Origin: Longimicrobiales bacterium
GTDB lineage: Bacteria; Gemmatimonadota; Gemmatimonadetes; Longimicrobiales; Gaopeijiaceae
Direction: 5' to 3'
DNA: 64,000 nucleotides
Assembly (NCBI GenBank): GCA_965116905.1
Contig: OZ220732.1
Span: 2,240,001 to 2,304,000 of the forward strand
A program made the translations under genes and the position numbers. The notes beneath the pieces were generated by a model, which saw only the letters and a program-made list of their open reading frames with translations, was not told the origin of the DNA and did not search any database. Shown one piece after another: positions 1 to 8,861 of the stretch (positions are counted from its first letter, which is position 1; every line of letters starts with the position of its first letter).

Positions 1-1
1 C

Positions 2-325
2 GAGAACGCCCGCATCCAGATCTTCGACATGGATGGCAACCTGCTCGAGGTGTGGGACCACCTGGGCTCGCCGTACGGCCTCGCGATCGACGACAACGAC
101 CGGCTCCACGTGGCCGACCTCGTGAACGCCAGGATCTGGATCGCCCGGGCGAGCGACGGCGAACTCCTGAAGACGATCGAGGATACCAAGGCCATTCACT
201 GGGTCGCTGTGGACGGACAGGGGAACGTGTACGCCGCGACCCCCGCGGCTTCCGGCAGCCAGTTCTGGGATGACGCTTCCGAAGTCTGGTATCTGCGGAA
301 ATACCGCAAGGTCGGGGACCCGTGA
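2..325 (+). CDS. NHL-repeat protein (peptidyl-alpha-hydroxyglycine lyase-like), 5' partial
   Basis: Frame open from window edge: ENARIQIFDMDG, then PYGLAID..LHVADLVNARI and VAVDGQGNVY, typical NHL repeats; stop overlaps next start (GTGA). Confidence 0.8.
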   Translation, partial: ENARIQIFDMDGNLLEVWDHLGSPYGLAIDDNDRLHVADLVNARIWIARASDGELLKTIEDTKAIHWVAVDGQGNVYAATPAASGSQFWDDASEVWYLRKYRKVGDP

Positions 326-990
326 TCCGGCCGGTCGTCAGTGTGGTCGTGGTGTCCGGGGCCGTCGCCGGCGCGGGGCTGCTGGCCGCTGCGGCGGCGC
401 AGGCACAGGAGGGCGCTCACGCCCACATTCTGCAGGTGGTCAATCCCGAGGCGGCGTCGGTGGCCGAGCTGGGGTTTCTGCGACAGGCCATGGGCGAGGC
501 GGGCACGGCGGCCGAGTACGCATCGTTTGCGGCGGGGGGACAGCAGCGCCCCGGTGACCTGGAGGCCATGAAGACGCATGCCGGCAACGTCCTGCACGCT
601 CTGGATCCCACACGGATGGAAGGCGGCCCGGGCCTCGGCTTCGGCCTCCTCGTAGCATCCCGGCAGACCGTCGCGCACGTCCGCATGGCCGCTGGCGCTC
701 CCGACGCGTCGAATAACGTGCGCACACACGCGAGACACGTGGTAAGCTGTGTGCGGAACACTCTTGCGCGCGCGGACAGGATGCTGGAGATCACCGAGCG
801 CATCCTGGCGACCGAGTCGGCGGAAGAGGCGGACCAGCTGTCCGATGAACTCAACACCCTGGCCTTCCAGCTCCGGAACGGTGTGGATGCGGATGGAGAC
901 GGGCGTATCACCTGGCAGGAGGGAGAGGGCGGTCTGTACTTGGCCCAGGAACACCTGCGACTCCTGTTGAAGGGAGAGGGGATCGGATGA
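322..990 (+). CDS. Secreted hypothetical protein with an EF-hand-like loop
   Basis: Hydrophobic signal peptide ending AQA; loop DADGDGRITWQE; 4-bp overlaps with both neighbours. Confidence 0.7.
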   Translation: MIRPVVSVVVVSGAVAGAGLLAAAAAQAQEGAHAHILQVVNPEAASVAELGFLRQAMGEAGTAAEYASFAAGGQQRPGDLEAMKTHAGNVLHALDPTRMEGGPGLGFGLLVASRQTVAHVRMAAGAPDASNNVRTHARHVVSCVRNTLARADRMLEITERILATESAEEADQLSDELNTLAFQLRNGVDADGDGRITWQEGEGGLYLAQEHLRLLLKGEGIG

Positions 991-2489
991 CGCTGCCCCT
1001 GGCTCTTGCGCTGGCTCTCTCGGCGGCGGGCGATCCCCCGCTGGTGGAGGCTGCGAGGAACGGTGACGAGGCGGCGCTCCGCACGCTGGTGGAACAGGGC
1101 GCGGACGTGAACGCCACGAGCGGGGACGGCTCGACGGCGCTGCTGTGGGCGAGCCACCGGGATCTGCCGGAAAGCGTGGCGCTGCTGATCGGTGCCGGGG
1201 CCGATGTGGACCGGGCCAATGACTTGGGCGCAACACCGCTGTGGGCGGCGGGCGAGAACGGCAGCGCGGCGGTGACGGAGCTGTTGCTCGACGCGGGCGC
1301 GGACCCGAATCTTGCGCTGCGCCACGGCGAGACCCCACTCATGGCCGCCGCCCGGGCGGGCAGCGCGCGCGTCGCCGAGTTGCTCCTGGAACACGGAGCG
1401 GATCCGAACGCCATAGGTCCGCGCAGCCAGACCGCGCTGATGTGGGCGGTGCTGAACCGGGCGCCGGACGTGGTGAAGGCCCTGCTGGACCGTGGGGCGG
1501 ATGTGCACGCCCGGACGGTCGTGACCGTCGAGTTGAAGGCGCACGAGCCCCACACGCACATCCAGAACCAGGGGTGGTTCGAGCACGGTGGCCACACTGC
1601 CCTGCTATTTGCGGCGCGGGTCGGGGATGTGGCGTCAGCCAGGCACCTCGTGGCCGCCGGCGCCGACGTGGACGACACATCGGGCTTCGGCGTCAGCGCT
1701 CTGGCCATGGCGGCCTACTCCAACTTCCGGATGCTCGTGGCCGAGCCGGCCTTCTCGTCGGGCGGTCCCTACACGATGGGCGGCCGCGAGGGCTTCCGTC
1801 CCGGTCGGTTCGGGGAGCTCGTCGAGTTTCTGCTGGAGGCCGGCGCCGACCCCAACGGCGGATCCGACACGTTCACGGCGCTGCACGCCGCCATCCTGCG
1901 CCATGACCAGCGCTCGGTGGACCTGTTGCTGGAGCACGGAGCCGACGTCACGCTGCCGCTTGCCACCTTCACGCCCCACCAGCGGGGATCCAACCAGGCG
2001 TTCTATTTCCACAATGGCTGGATCGGCGCCCGGCCGGTTTGGCTCGCCGCCCGTTTCGGGACCGCTGGCATCCTCCGGAACCTTCTGGAGCACGGCGCCG
2101 ACCCGCGCGTCGTGCACCGCAGCGAGTATTTCGCCGGTAGCGACGGCGCCCTGACCTCGGGGATTTTTGCGGCCCGGCAGCTGGAAGTCACCACCACCCT
2201 CATGGCGGCGCTCGGCATGAGCAGCGCCGGCAGGCCCTGGGTCTACGAGCGCGTCTGCACGGCGGAACACGAGCAGGCGACGCTGGACAAGGTGCGGCTC
2301 CTTGTGGACACGGACGTGGATTTCGCCATGACGACCGCCGAAGGCCTCACGGCTCTCGACCAGGCAAGGGCACTGAGGTACGAGTCGGTCGTCGAGGTTC
2401 TCGTCGCGGCGGGGGTGCCCGGAGGGATGGGCTCAGATGAGACCGAGTACGACTTTCTGAACCGTAGGACGCGGGGAGGCTGCGGGTAG
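987..2489 (+). CDS. Ankyrin repeat protein, probably secreted
   Basis: Repeated GxTAL/TPL..AA..G...LL..GAD(V/P)N motifs; short N-terminal signal-like segment. Confidence 0.93.
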   Translation: MTLPLALALALSAAGDPPLVEAARNGDEAALRTLVEQGADVNATSGDGSTALLWASHRDLPESVALLIGAGADVDRANDLGATPLWAAGENGSAAVTELLLDAGADPNLALRHGETPLMAAARAGSARVAELLLEHGADPNAIGPRSQTALMWAVLNRAPDVVKALLDRGADVHARTVVTVELKAHEPHTHIQNQGWFEHGGHTALLFAARVGDVASARHLVAAGADVDDTSGFGVSALAMAAYSNFRMLVAEPAFSSGGPYTMGGREGFRPGRFGELVEFLLEAGADPNGGSDTFTALHAAILRHDQRSVDLLLEHGADVTLPLATFTPHQRGSNQAFYFHNGWIGARPVWLAARFGTAGILRNLLEHGADPRVVHRSEYFAGSDGALTSGIFAARQLEVTTTLMAALGMSSAGRPWVYERVCTAEHEQATLDKVRLLVDTDVDFAMTTAEGLTALDQARALRYESVVEVLVAAGVPGGMGSDETEYDFLNRRTRGGCG

Positions 2490-2513
2490 GGGACCTCTCG
2501 ACGGGAGAGGAAC

Positions 2514-2546
2514 ATGAAGCGTTTGGCCGAGCGGATCATGGAGTAA
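2514..2546 (+). pseudogene. 10-codon remnant MKRLAERIME*, possibly the start of a DUF6088/AbiEi-like antitoxin
   Basis: RBS GGGAGAGG just upstream of ATG; continues AER after the TAA; family resemblance recalled from memory only. Confidence 0.3.
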
Positions 2547-2569
2547 GCGGAACGACGGGCCTTGTTTGG

Positions 2570-2588
2570 GTTATCAGTATGTGATAAC
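2570..2588. promoter_or_regulatory. Inverted repeat GTTATCA-N5-TGATAAC, probable autoregulatory operator
   Basis: Perfect 7-bp arms immediately upstream of the HTH gene. Confidence 0.55.
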
Positions 2589-2616
2589 ATGTGCGATGAC
2601 GATGCCCGACCGTTCC

Positions 2617-3009
2617 ATGAAGACACTGAGGATCGGCATCGCCGGGTACGACCAGATGAAGGCTCGTACCATGGCCATCGCCCGTGGCGAGCACACGCCC
2701 GCGAAGGGTGAGCCAAAGGTCTGGTTCACCTCGATCGAGAGCTTCGCGAGGCTGCTGTCCGAGCACAACAGGCACCTTCTGGAACTGATTGCCCGTGAGC
2801 GGCCTCGATCGCTCACGGAACTCGCCGCACTGGCCGGGCGCAGCAAGTCCAACCTCTCGCGGACTCTGAAGACGATGTCGCGGTACGGACTTGTGGAATT
2901 GCAGCCGGGCGTCCGTGGCAGACTGGTGCCGCGGGTGCCCTACGACCAGATCAGGCTCGATGTCACGTTGACGGGGACGAAGAGCGCGTCGGTCGGTGTC
3001 AGCCCGTGA
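2617..3009 (+). CDS. HVO_A0114/COG4190-like winged-HTH regulator, putative orphan antitoxin
   Basis: KTLRIGIA...VWFTSIESFARLLSEHNRHLLELI..ERPRSLTELA.LAGRSKSNLSRTLK; alternative ATGs at 2596 and 2602. Confidence 0.8.
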   Translation: MKTLRIGIAGYDQMKARTMAIARGEHTPAKGEPKVWFTSIESFARLLSEHNRHLLELIARERPRSLTELAALAGRSKSNLSRTLKTMSRYGLVELQPGVRGRLVPRVPYDQIRLDVTLTGTKSASVGVSP

Positions 3010-3080
3010 AGCTGGGTGCACTGCCGACGGAACTTGCTCGGTACGGCCTCCAGAACCGCCCGCCCCTCAGTGCCCCCCCG

Positions 3081-4808
3081 TCAGTGCCCCGCGGCCATGC
3101 CGTCCATCCGCGGCTCCGAGGCGGCGGCCCAGCCCCGCTCCAGCCGCATGATCGCCTGCCCGCCGCCGAAGAACACGCCGGTGGGATCGGCCAACACATG
3201 CCCCATCGCCTCCAGCTGCTTCCGCACCTCCGGCGGCACGACGGGCTCGATCGCCACGCGATTCCCGGACAGGTGGTTGAAGCGCGCCGCATCGAGGGCC
3301 TGCTGCAGGTCCATGCCGAAGTCCACGAGGTTGATCAGCACCTGGACGTGCCCCTGGGGCTGCATCGCGCCCCCCATCACCCCGTAGCTCAGCCAAGGCT
3401 CCTCCCGGCCATCGTCCGCAGTCTTCGTGACGAAGGCCGGGATGATCGTGTGGAACGGCCGCCGCCCCGGCGCCACCGCGTTTGCCCGGTCGGGATCGAG
3501 CGAGAACCCGACGCCGCGGTTCTGAAGGGCAAACCCGGTCCCCGGCACCACCACGCCCGACCCGAACGCGCTCGCGATGCTGTTGATGAACGACACCATG
3601 TTGCCGTGACGGTCCGCGACGGTGAAGTACGTGGTCTCGCTCGCGGTGATCGCCGTGCCCGGATCGGCGCGCTCGATCGCGCGCTCAGGGTCGAGCAGCG
3701 CGCGCCGCGCATCGATGAACTCGTCGCTCAGCAGATCGTCCGGCGTAACCCTCATGTTGCCGGGGTCGCCGACGAAGTGCCCCAGATCGGCGTACGCGAG
3801 CTTCTTGGCCTCGATGAGGTGGTGCAGGTACGCCGTCGAGTTGTGTCCCATGGCCTTCAGATCGAACGGCTCCAGGAGTCTTAGGATTTCAAGAGCGGCG
3901 ATTCCCTGGCCGTTGGGTGGCAGTTCATGGAGGCGGTAGCCCCGATACGGGACGGAGATAGGTTCCACCCAGTCCGCACTGTGTGACCGCAGGTCGTCCA
4001 TGGTGAGGAATCCGCCCAGCTCGGCGGCGCGCTGGACGATTGCTTCGCCCAACTCGCCGCGATAGAGCACGTCCGGCCCCTTCTCCGCAATCAGGCGCAG
4101 CGTGCGCGCAAAGTCGGGGTTGCCGAACCACTCGCCGGGGCGCGGAGCGCGCTCGCCGTCGACGAGGAACGTGTTGCGCGCGCCCTCATCGCGGCGGAGC
4201 ATCTCCTCTGCCCCCTCCCAGAAGTCGACGATCACCGGACTCGCGGGGAATCCGTGTTCCGCCATTTCAATCGCGGGCTGGAGCGCCTTGGCGAGGGAGA
4301 TGGTGCCGTAGCTGTCGAGCAGCGTCTGCCACCCCGCGAGGGCGCCGGGCACGGTGATCGTCTCGGCGCCGGAGCGCGGCATCTGCTCGTGACCGCGGGC
4401 GACCAGTGTCTCGCGCGTCATGAGCGTCCCGGCGCGACCGCTCGCGTTGAGCCCCACCATCCGCTGCTCGTCAGCCAGCCAGACGATCGCGAACATGTCC
4501 CCGCCGATGCCCGTCATCATCGGTTCGACCACGTTCAGCATGGCCGCGGTGGTCACGGCCGCGTCGATCGCGTTCCCCCCGCTCTGCAGCACGGCCAATC
4601 CGGCGCCCGTGGCAAGGGGCTGGCTGCTGGCGACCACGCCGTTCGGCGCGTAGACGGTCGAGCGGCCGGCCATCGTGCCGGACCGGTCCTGCTGGGCGTG
4701 AGCGGAGTGGCCCGGGTTGATCGCCAGGCCGACGGCGACGAACGCGGGGAACATGCGCGTGCACGGGGCGGGGAGCATGCTCGGCGAGGTGGCGGGCAGG
4801 ATGCGCAT
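3081..4808 (-). CDS. ggt: Gamma-glutamyltransferase family protein
   Basis: GGNAIDAAV, GIGGD, TVPG, nucleophile segment ETTYFTVAD..GN, LQNRG, PGRRPFHTI, GVMGG.MQPQG; RBS AAGGAG before ATG 4808. Confidence 0.95.
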   Translation of the reverse strand: MRILPATSPSMLPAPCTRMFPAFVAVGLAINPGHSAHAQQDRSGTMAGRSTVYAPNGVVASSQPLATGAGLAVLQSGGNAIDAAVTTAAMLNVVEPMMTGIGGDMFAIVWLADEQRMVGLNASGRAGTLMTRETLVARGHEQMPRSGAETITVPGALAGWQTLLDSYGTISLAKALQPAIEMAEHGFPASPVIVDFWEGAEEMLRRDEGARNTFLVDGERAPRPGEWFGNPDFARTLRLIAEKGPDVLYRGELGEAIVQRAAELGGFLTMDDLRSHSADWVEPISVPYRGYRLHELPPNGQGIAALEILRLLEPFDLKAMGHNSTAYLHHLIEAKKLAYADLGHFVGDPGNMRVTPDDLLSDEFIDARRALLDPERAIERADPGTAITASETTYFTVADRHGNMVSFINSIASAFGSGVVVPGTGFALQNRGVGFSLDPDRANAVAPGRRPFHTIIPAFVTKTADDGREEPWLSYGVMGGAMQPQGHVQVLINLVDFGMDLQQALDAARFNHLSGNRVAIEPVVPPEVRKQLEAMGHVLADPTGVFFGGGQAIMRLERGWAAASEPRMDGMAAGH

Positions 4809-4951
4809 GGGGTGCACTCCTTGCGGGACCATGTGGCGGCTGGCGAGGCTGATCGTCAGGCGAGAATCGACCTCCTCTCCAACACTAGGTCGGCGGACAG
4901 CGCGTTGGAAAGGCAGCAACCACGGGTCCTACCGTCCGGCAGAGGCACCCA

Positions 4952-5767
4952 ATGACGCTTCATGAACTCCTGGACCTCCACTACGGCGCCGATGGCGACG
5001 CAGTGCTTCGTCGCATGCTTGACGACGGTGCCGACCCGAACCTGCGTGCCGAGCCGCACGGCGAGACCCCGATTCACACGGCCACGCGCCGCCGCCGAGC
5101 CTCGGCTGTCGACATTCTGCTTGCTCACGGCGCCGACATCGACGCAAGGACGACCGGCGGCAAGACCGCATACGCGCACGCCGTACGCCGCGGGTTCGAC
5201 GATGTCGCCGCCGTGCTCGCAGAGCGTGGAGCCGACACCGAGCTGAACGAGGCCGACCGATTTGCGGTCGCGATTGTCAACGGACGTCTCGATGAAGCGC
5301 GGGCGATCCTGGCGGCCCACCCCGGCGTAGCCCGCACCGGCAACCCCGAGGAAGACCGGCTCCTTGCGGATGTCGCCGGCCGCAACGACACAGAGCCCGT
5401 GACGTTCCTGATCGAGGCCGGCGCCGACCTCACGGCAAGGGGTCTCGACTCAGGCACGCCGCTGCACCAGGCGGCCTGGTTCGGCCAGCCCGCCAACGCC
5501 CGCCTGCTGATTGAGGCCGGCGCGCCGCTGGACGTCTTCGAGGATGTCCACCACTCCTCGCCCCTGCACTGGGCCGTCCACGGCTCCCGGTTTTCCGGTG
5601 GAGCCGACGAACGACAGGACGCATACGTGGAACTGGTCGAGATGCTGCTCGCCGCCGGGTCCAGCCTGCACTATCCGGCCGATCCGGACGGCGACGCGTA
5701 CCGGGAACGACTCCTGGCCGATGCGACCCCGCGGGTCCTGGAGGTGCTGCGGAGGATCATGGCCTGA
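4952..5767 (+). CDS. Ankyrin repeat protein
   Basis: GETPIH, GKTAY, GTPLHQAAWFG and SPLHWAVHG ankyrin motifs. Confidence 0.9.
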   Translation: MTLHELLDLHYGADGDAVLRRMLDDGADPNLRAEPHGETPIHTATRRRRASAVDILLAHGADIDARTTGGKTAYAHAVRRGFDDVAAVLAERGADTELNEADRFAVAIVNGRLDEARAILAAHPGVARTGNPEEDRLLADVAGRNDTEPVTFLIEAGADLTARGLDSGTPLHQAAWFGQPANARLLIEAGAPLDVFEDVHHSSPLHWAVHGSRFSGGADERQDAYVELVEMLLAAGSSLHYPADPDGDAYRERLLADATPRVLEVLRRIMA

Positions 5768-5910
5768 GCCGCACGGGGCGGGAGCTCCGTACGAGGCGGG
5801 AGATCCGCGCGGGCCCGGGAGCGGCGCGGGTCCGGGAAGCGGCGCGGGTGTCATCGGCGGGCTGCCATGCATATCATCTCCGAATCGGCCACTCATTCCC
5901 GGAAGTGATC

Positions 5911-7554
5911 ATGAATCACCGACGCCTCTCCCCGACCTCTCTCGCCACGCGCCTCCTGGTGCTCTTCGGACCGATGGCAGCCGTTGCGGCGTGCGAGCCG
6001 CAGCCGAGTGCCACCACCGCAGACCCCGACATCCCCATCACGGAAAGCGTCTACGCCGATCGCCCCTTCGAAGTCCGGCTCATCGACGCCACGCGCGACT
6101 ACGTCCTGCACGCCATGCGCGCGCACGGCACCCCCGGGCTCAACCTCGCCATGGGCTACCGGGGCGAGCTGATCTGGGAGGCCGGCTTCGGGTGGGCCGA
6201 TGTCGCGGCCGGGAGGCCGATGACGCCGGAGACCGTGTACCACTCGGGCTCGCTGGGGAAGACCTACACGGCCACGGCGATCATGCACCTGGTCGACCGG
6301 GGGGTGATCGCGCTGGACGATCCGATTAGCGAGCACCTGCCATTCGAGGTGCACAACCCCCTCGGCGACCGCGACGTCACCGTCCACGATCTGCTCACGC
6401 ATCGCTCCGGGCTTTCGGGCGGCGGCGCCAAGGGAGTGTGGGACAAGCCCGTGCCGCTCGAAGAAGCCCTGCGCGCAAGCTACGTCAGCGACACAAGCCC
6501 ACTGCTCGGAGGCACAACACCGTTCTGGATCGGCAAGGTCGGCACTCAATTCAACTACTCCAACCCAGGCATCGCGACGCTGGGGCTCATCGTGCAGACG
6601 GCCAACCCGGACGGGCTTTCGTTTTCGGACTACGTGCAGCGGCACATCATGGACCCGCTGGGGATGGAGTCGTCGCAGTATCCGCCCGCGCAGCATGAGG
6701 ACTACGTGCGGCCGGACATTTGGGAGAACATGAGCACGGGCTATGCGCGCATGGGTTCGGCGTGGGTTCCGAGCGTGCCGCTGTACTTCAGCCACTATCC
6801 GGCGGGGGGCGTGGTGGCGAAGCCGGCGGACCACATCCGGCTGCTCACGGCCATGATGAACGGGGGCGAGTACGATGGCTATCGGGTGCTCGAGGCCGAG
6901 ACCGTCGACGAAATGCTCACGCCGCAGTATGAGGACGAAATCGGTCCCGGGATCCAGGTCGGCTTGGTGTGGCGGCTGCGGAATCACGGGGCGCGGAACA
7001 TGTCGTACGCGCACGCCGGGGGGCACATGTTCGGCTGGATGACCGAGGGGTACGGTTGGCCGGAGTTGGGGGTGACGCTGATGGTGGCGCAAAACCAGTG
7101 GAGCCTGCCGGATCCGTCCCCCGAGGGCCGGATGATCCCCGGCTTTGTGGAGGACTGGCTGATGGGAGAGACGCCGGATTTGGACCTGATGCCGGCGTCC
7201 GCGGAGTGGGCGTGGAAGGTGTCCTACGTTCGGGGCGTGGCGTACGCAGCGATGTTCAGGATGTACGTGGGCGTCGAGGGCGAGATCCCGTCGGATGGGC
7301 TGGAGGAGGCGATTGCGTCGACGAGGGTCCGGCCGGGGGGAAGAAACGACTGGGATCCGGAGGGCTTCAGGGCGGGGGTGAGCGACATCCGGGAAGCGGG
7401 GTTCGGGTATGAGGAGGTCAATGGGTTCTGGGCTTCCGAGGCCAGCCGGGTGACGGTGGAGGAGGCGGAGGCGATCCTGAGGGAACTCGGGGCGCGATTT
7501 CCGGGCTCCAGCGCCGTGTTCTTTCCGCCGGCGCGGGGGAACTCAAATAGTTAA
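5911..7554 (+). CDS. Serine hydrolase (beta-lactamase class C-like), probable lipoprotein
   Basis: SxxK (GSLGK), LLTHRSGL, YSN, HAGG; VAAC lipobox-like; stop TAA lies inside the 26-bp dyad. Confidence 0.9.
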   Translation: MNHRRLSPTSLATRLLVLFGPMAAVAACEPQPSATTADPDIPITESVYADRPFEVRLIDATRDYVLHAMRAHGTPGLNLAMGYRGELIWEAGFGWADVAAGRPMTPETVYHSGSLGKTYTATAIMHLVDRGVIALDDPISEHLPFEVHNPLGDRDVTVHDLLTHRSGLSGGGAKGVWDKPVPLEEALRASYVSDTSPLLGGTTPFWIGKVGTQFNYSNPGIATLGLIVQTANPDGLSFSDYVQRHIMDPLGMESSQYPPAQHEDYVRPDIWENMSTGYARMGSAWVPSVPLYFSHYPAGGVVAKPADHIRLLTAMMNGGEYDGYRVLEAETVDEMLTPQYEDEIGPGIQVGLVWRLRNHGARNMSYAHAGGHMFGWMTEGYGWPELGVTLMVAQNQWSLPDPSPEGRMIPGFVEDWLMGETPDLDLMPASAEWAWKVSYVRGVAYAAMFRMYVGVEGEIPSDGLEEAIASTRVRPGGRNDWDPEGFRAGVSDIREAGFGYEEVNGFWASEASRVTVEEAEAILRELGARFPGSSAVFFPPARGNSNS

Positions 7555-7571
7555 CTAAAATGTTTAGTATC
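7546..7571. repeat. 26-bp dyad element, copy 1: AATAGTTAAC-TAAAAT-GTTTAGTATC
   Basis: Right arm identical to consensus; left arm degenerate and contains the upstream stop codon. Confidence 0.75.
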
Positions 7572-7585
7572 GGAGAGGGCGAGCG

Positions 7586-7601
7586 CGTTTCAGCTGAAAC
7601 G
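7586..7601. repeat. Perfect palindrome CGTTTCAGCTGAAACG (parS-like)
   Basis: 16-bp perfect palindrome; near copy at 35027-35046. Confidence 0.7.
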
Positions 7602-7629
7602 TTTTTCGTGCCTCTGGTGCGCCTTTGCC

Positions 7630-7655
7630 AACACTTGACACAAATATCAAGTGTC
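7630..7655. repeat. 26-bp dyad element, variant copy 2: AACACTTGAC-ACAAAT-ATCAAGTGTC
   Basis: Dyad with 6-bp spacer; left arm resembles GATACTTGAC at 23512; 84 bp from copy 1. Confidence 0.55.
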
Positions 7656-8855
7656 GACGCTCTACGCATTGTCCCGATCGGGATCACCGCGCTGATCGCG
7701 CTCGGGGGTTGCGGGAACGGGGAGGACGGCGGCCCATCGGCGGAGCCTCTCGCCGCGCTGCGCCCAACGGGCCAGTCGGCCTTCGATTCGTCGGAGCATC
7801 CGGATCTCGGCGAACTGAGCGCCGTGGTAGCTGGCCTCTTCCTTCCGGACAGCGGTCTCGCCCTGGTGGAACGCAGCGAGATTCACCTGATCGACCTGTT
7901 GTCCGGTGGGACTCGCGTGGTCGGGAGGGAGGGGGAGGGACCGAGGGAGTTCCGCCATATCGGGCGCACGAGACGCGTTCCAGGTGGGATCCTGGTCTCG
8001 GACGTGCCGCGTCGTCGTGTGTCGTTGATCTCTCACGAAGGTGAGTTTCTGCGCTCACGAAGCGTTGTTGACGCGGAGTTCGGGGACTATTTCGGTGCGT
8101 ATCCGGTAGGCGTTCATCCGGACGGCCGGATCGCTTTCCGTGACGGCATCGCGGAAATGGGCCGGGACTACGACGGGCAGACCTGGAATCCGGCCGTGTA
8201 CGTCACCGTACGGGACGATGGCGAGCTTCAGATCGTCGCGGAGGCTGCCGGAGATGAGGTCTACTTCGGATCGACACGAAGCGGCGACGTCGTGTTCGGG
8301 CATCAGACCCACGAAGCCGCGACCGAAGACCACCTCATCGTCGCCGAGACGTCCCGGGGAGCCATTGCCGTCCTGGACTGGAGCGGCCGAGAGGTTGCGG
8401 AAATCCCCTTGCCGGCAGGCGCACGGGTGTCCGACGCCAGGACGGTGGGGCGCCAGGTGCTTCTCGGACGATGGCAGCGATTCGCGGAGAGGTTGAACAG
8501 GCTCGGCGCGACCGGTCAGATACCGTTCGAACCCAGGGATTTCGATCCGTCCGGTGCGTCCGAGCCGGATCTGAGAGACTGGCCGATCAACGAAGTGGCC
8601 CCCGCGATCGACGCCCTCCTGACCGACTTCGACGAGCGGCTGTGGGTGAGAGACTACCGTCTCCCCGATCAGGACAGCGTAACCTGGCGAGTTTGGGACA
8701 TCGAACGGCGGGCACTGCTCTTCACGGCGCGAATCGGTGGAGAAGAAGAACTGCTTGATGCACGGGGCTCCATGGTCCTGCTACGTCGGCTGGACGAGTT
8801 CGACGTGCCTCGAGCTGAGGTCATTCAACTCCAGGCGCCACCCGGAGACGACTGA
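7635..8855 (+). CDS. 6-bladed beta-propeller lipoprotein (start uncertain)
   Basis: LGGC lipobox-like; GREGEGPREF; LWVRDY; C-terminal DEFDVP. Last conventional in-frame start is TTG 7635; frame is open from 7560. Confidence 0.8.
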   Translation: MTQISSVDALRIVPIGITALIALGGCGNGEDGGPSAEPLAALRPTGQSAFDSSEHPDLGELSAVVAGLFLPDSGLALVERSEIHLIDLLSGGTRVVGREGEGPREFRHIGRTRRVPGGILVSDVPRRRVSLISHEGEFLRSRSVVDAEFGDYFGAYPVGVHPDGRIAFRDGIAEMGRDYDGQTWNPAVYVTVRDDGELQIVAEAAGDEVYFGSTRSGDVVFGHQTHEAATEDHLIVAETSRGAIAVLDWSGREVAEIPLPAGARVSDARTVGRQVLLGRWQRFAERLNRLGATGQIPFEPRDFDPSGASEPDLRDWPINEVAPAIDALLTDFDERLWVRDYRLPDQDSVTWRVWDIERRALLFTARIGGEEELLDARGSMVLLRRLDEFDVPRAEVIQLQAPPGDD

Positions 8856-8861
8856 AGATCC

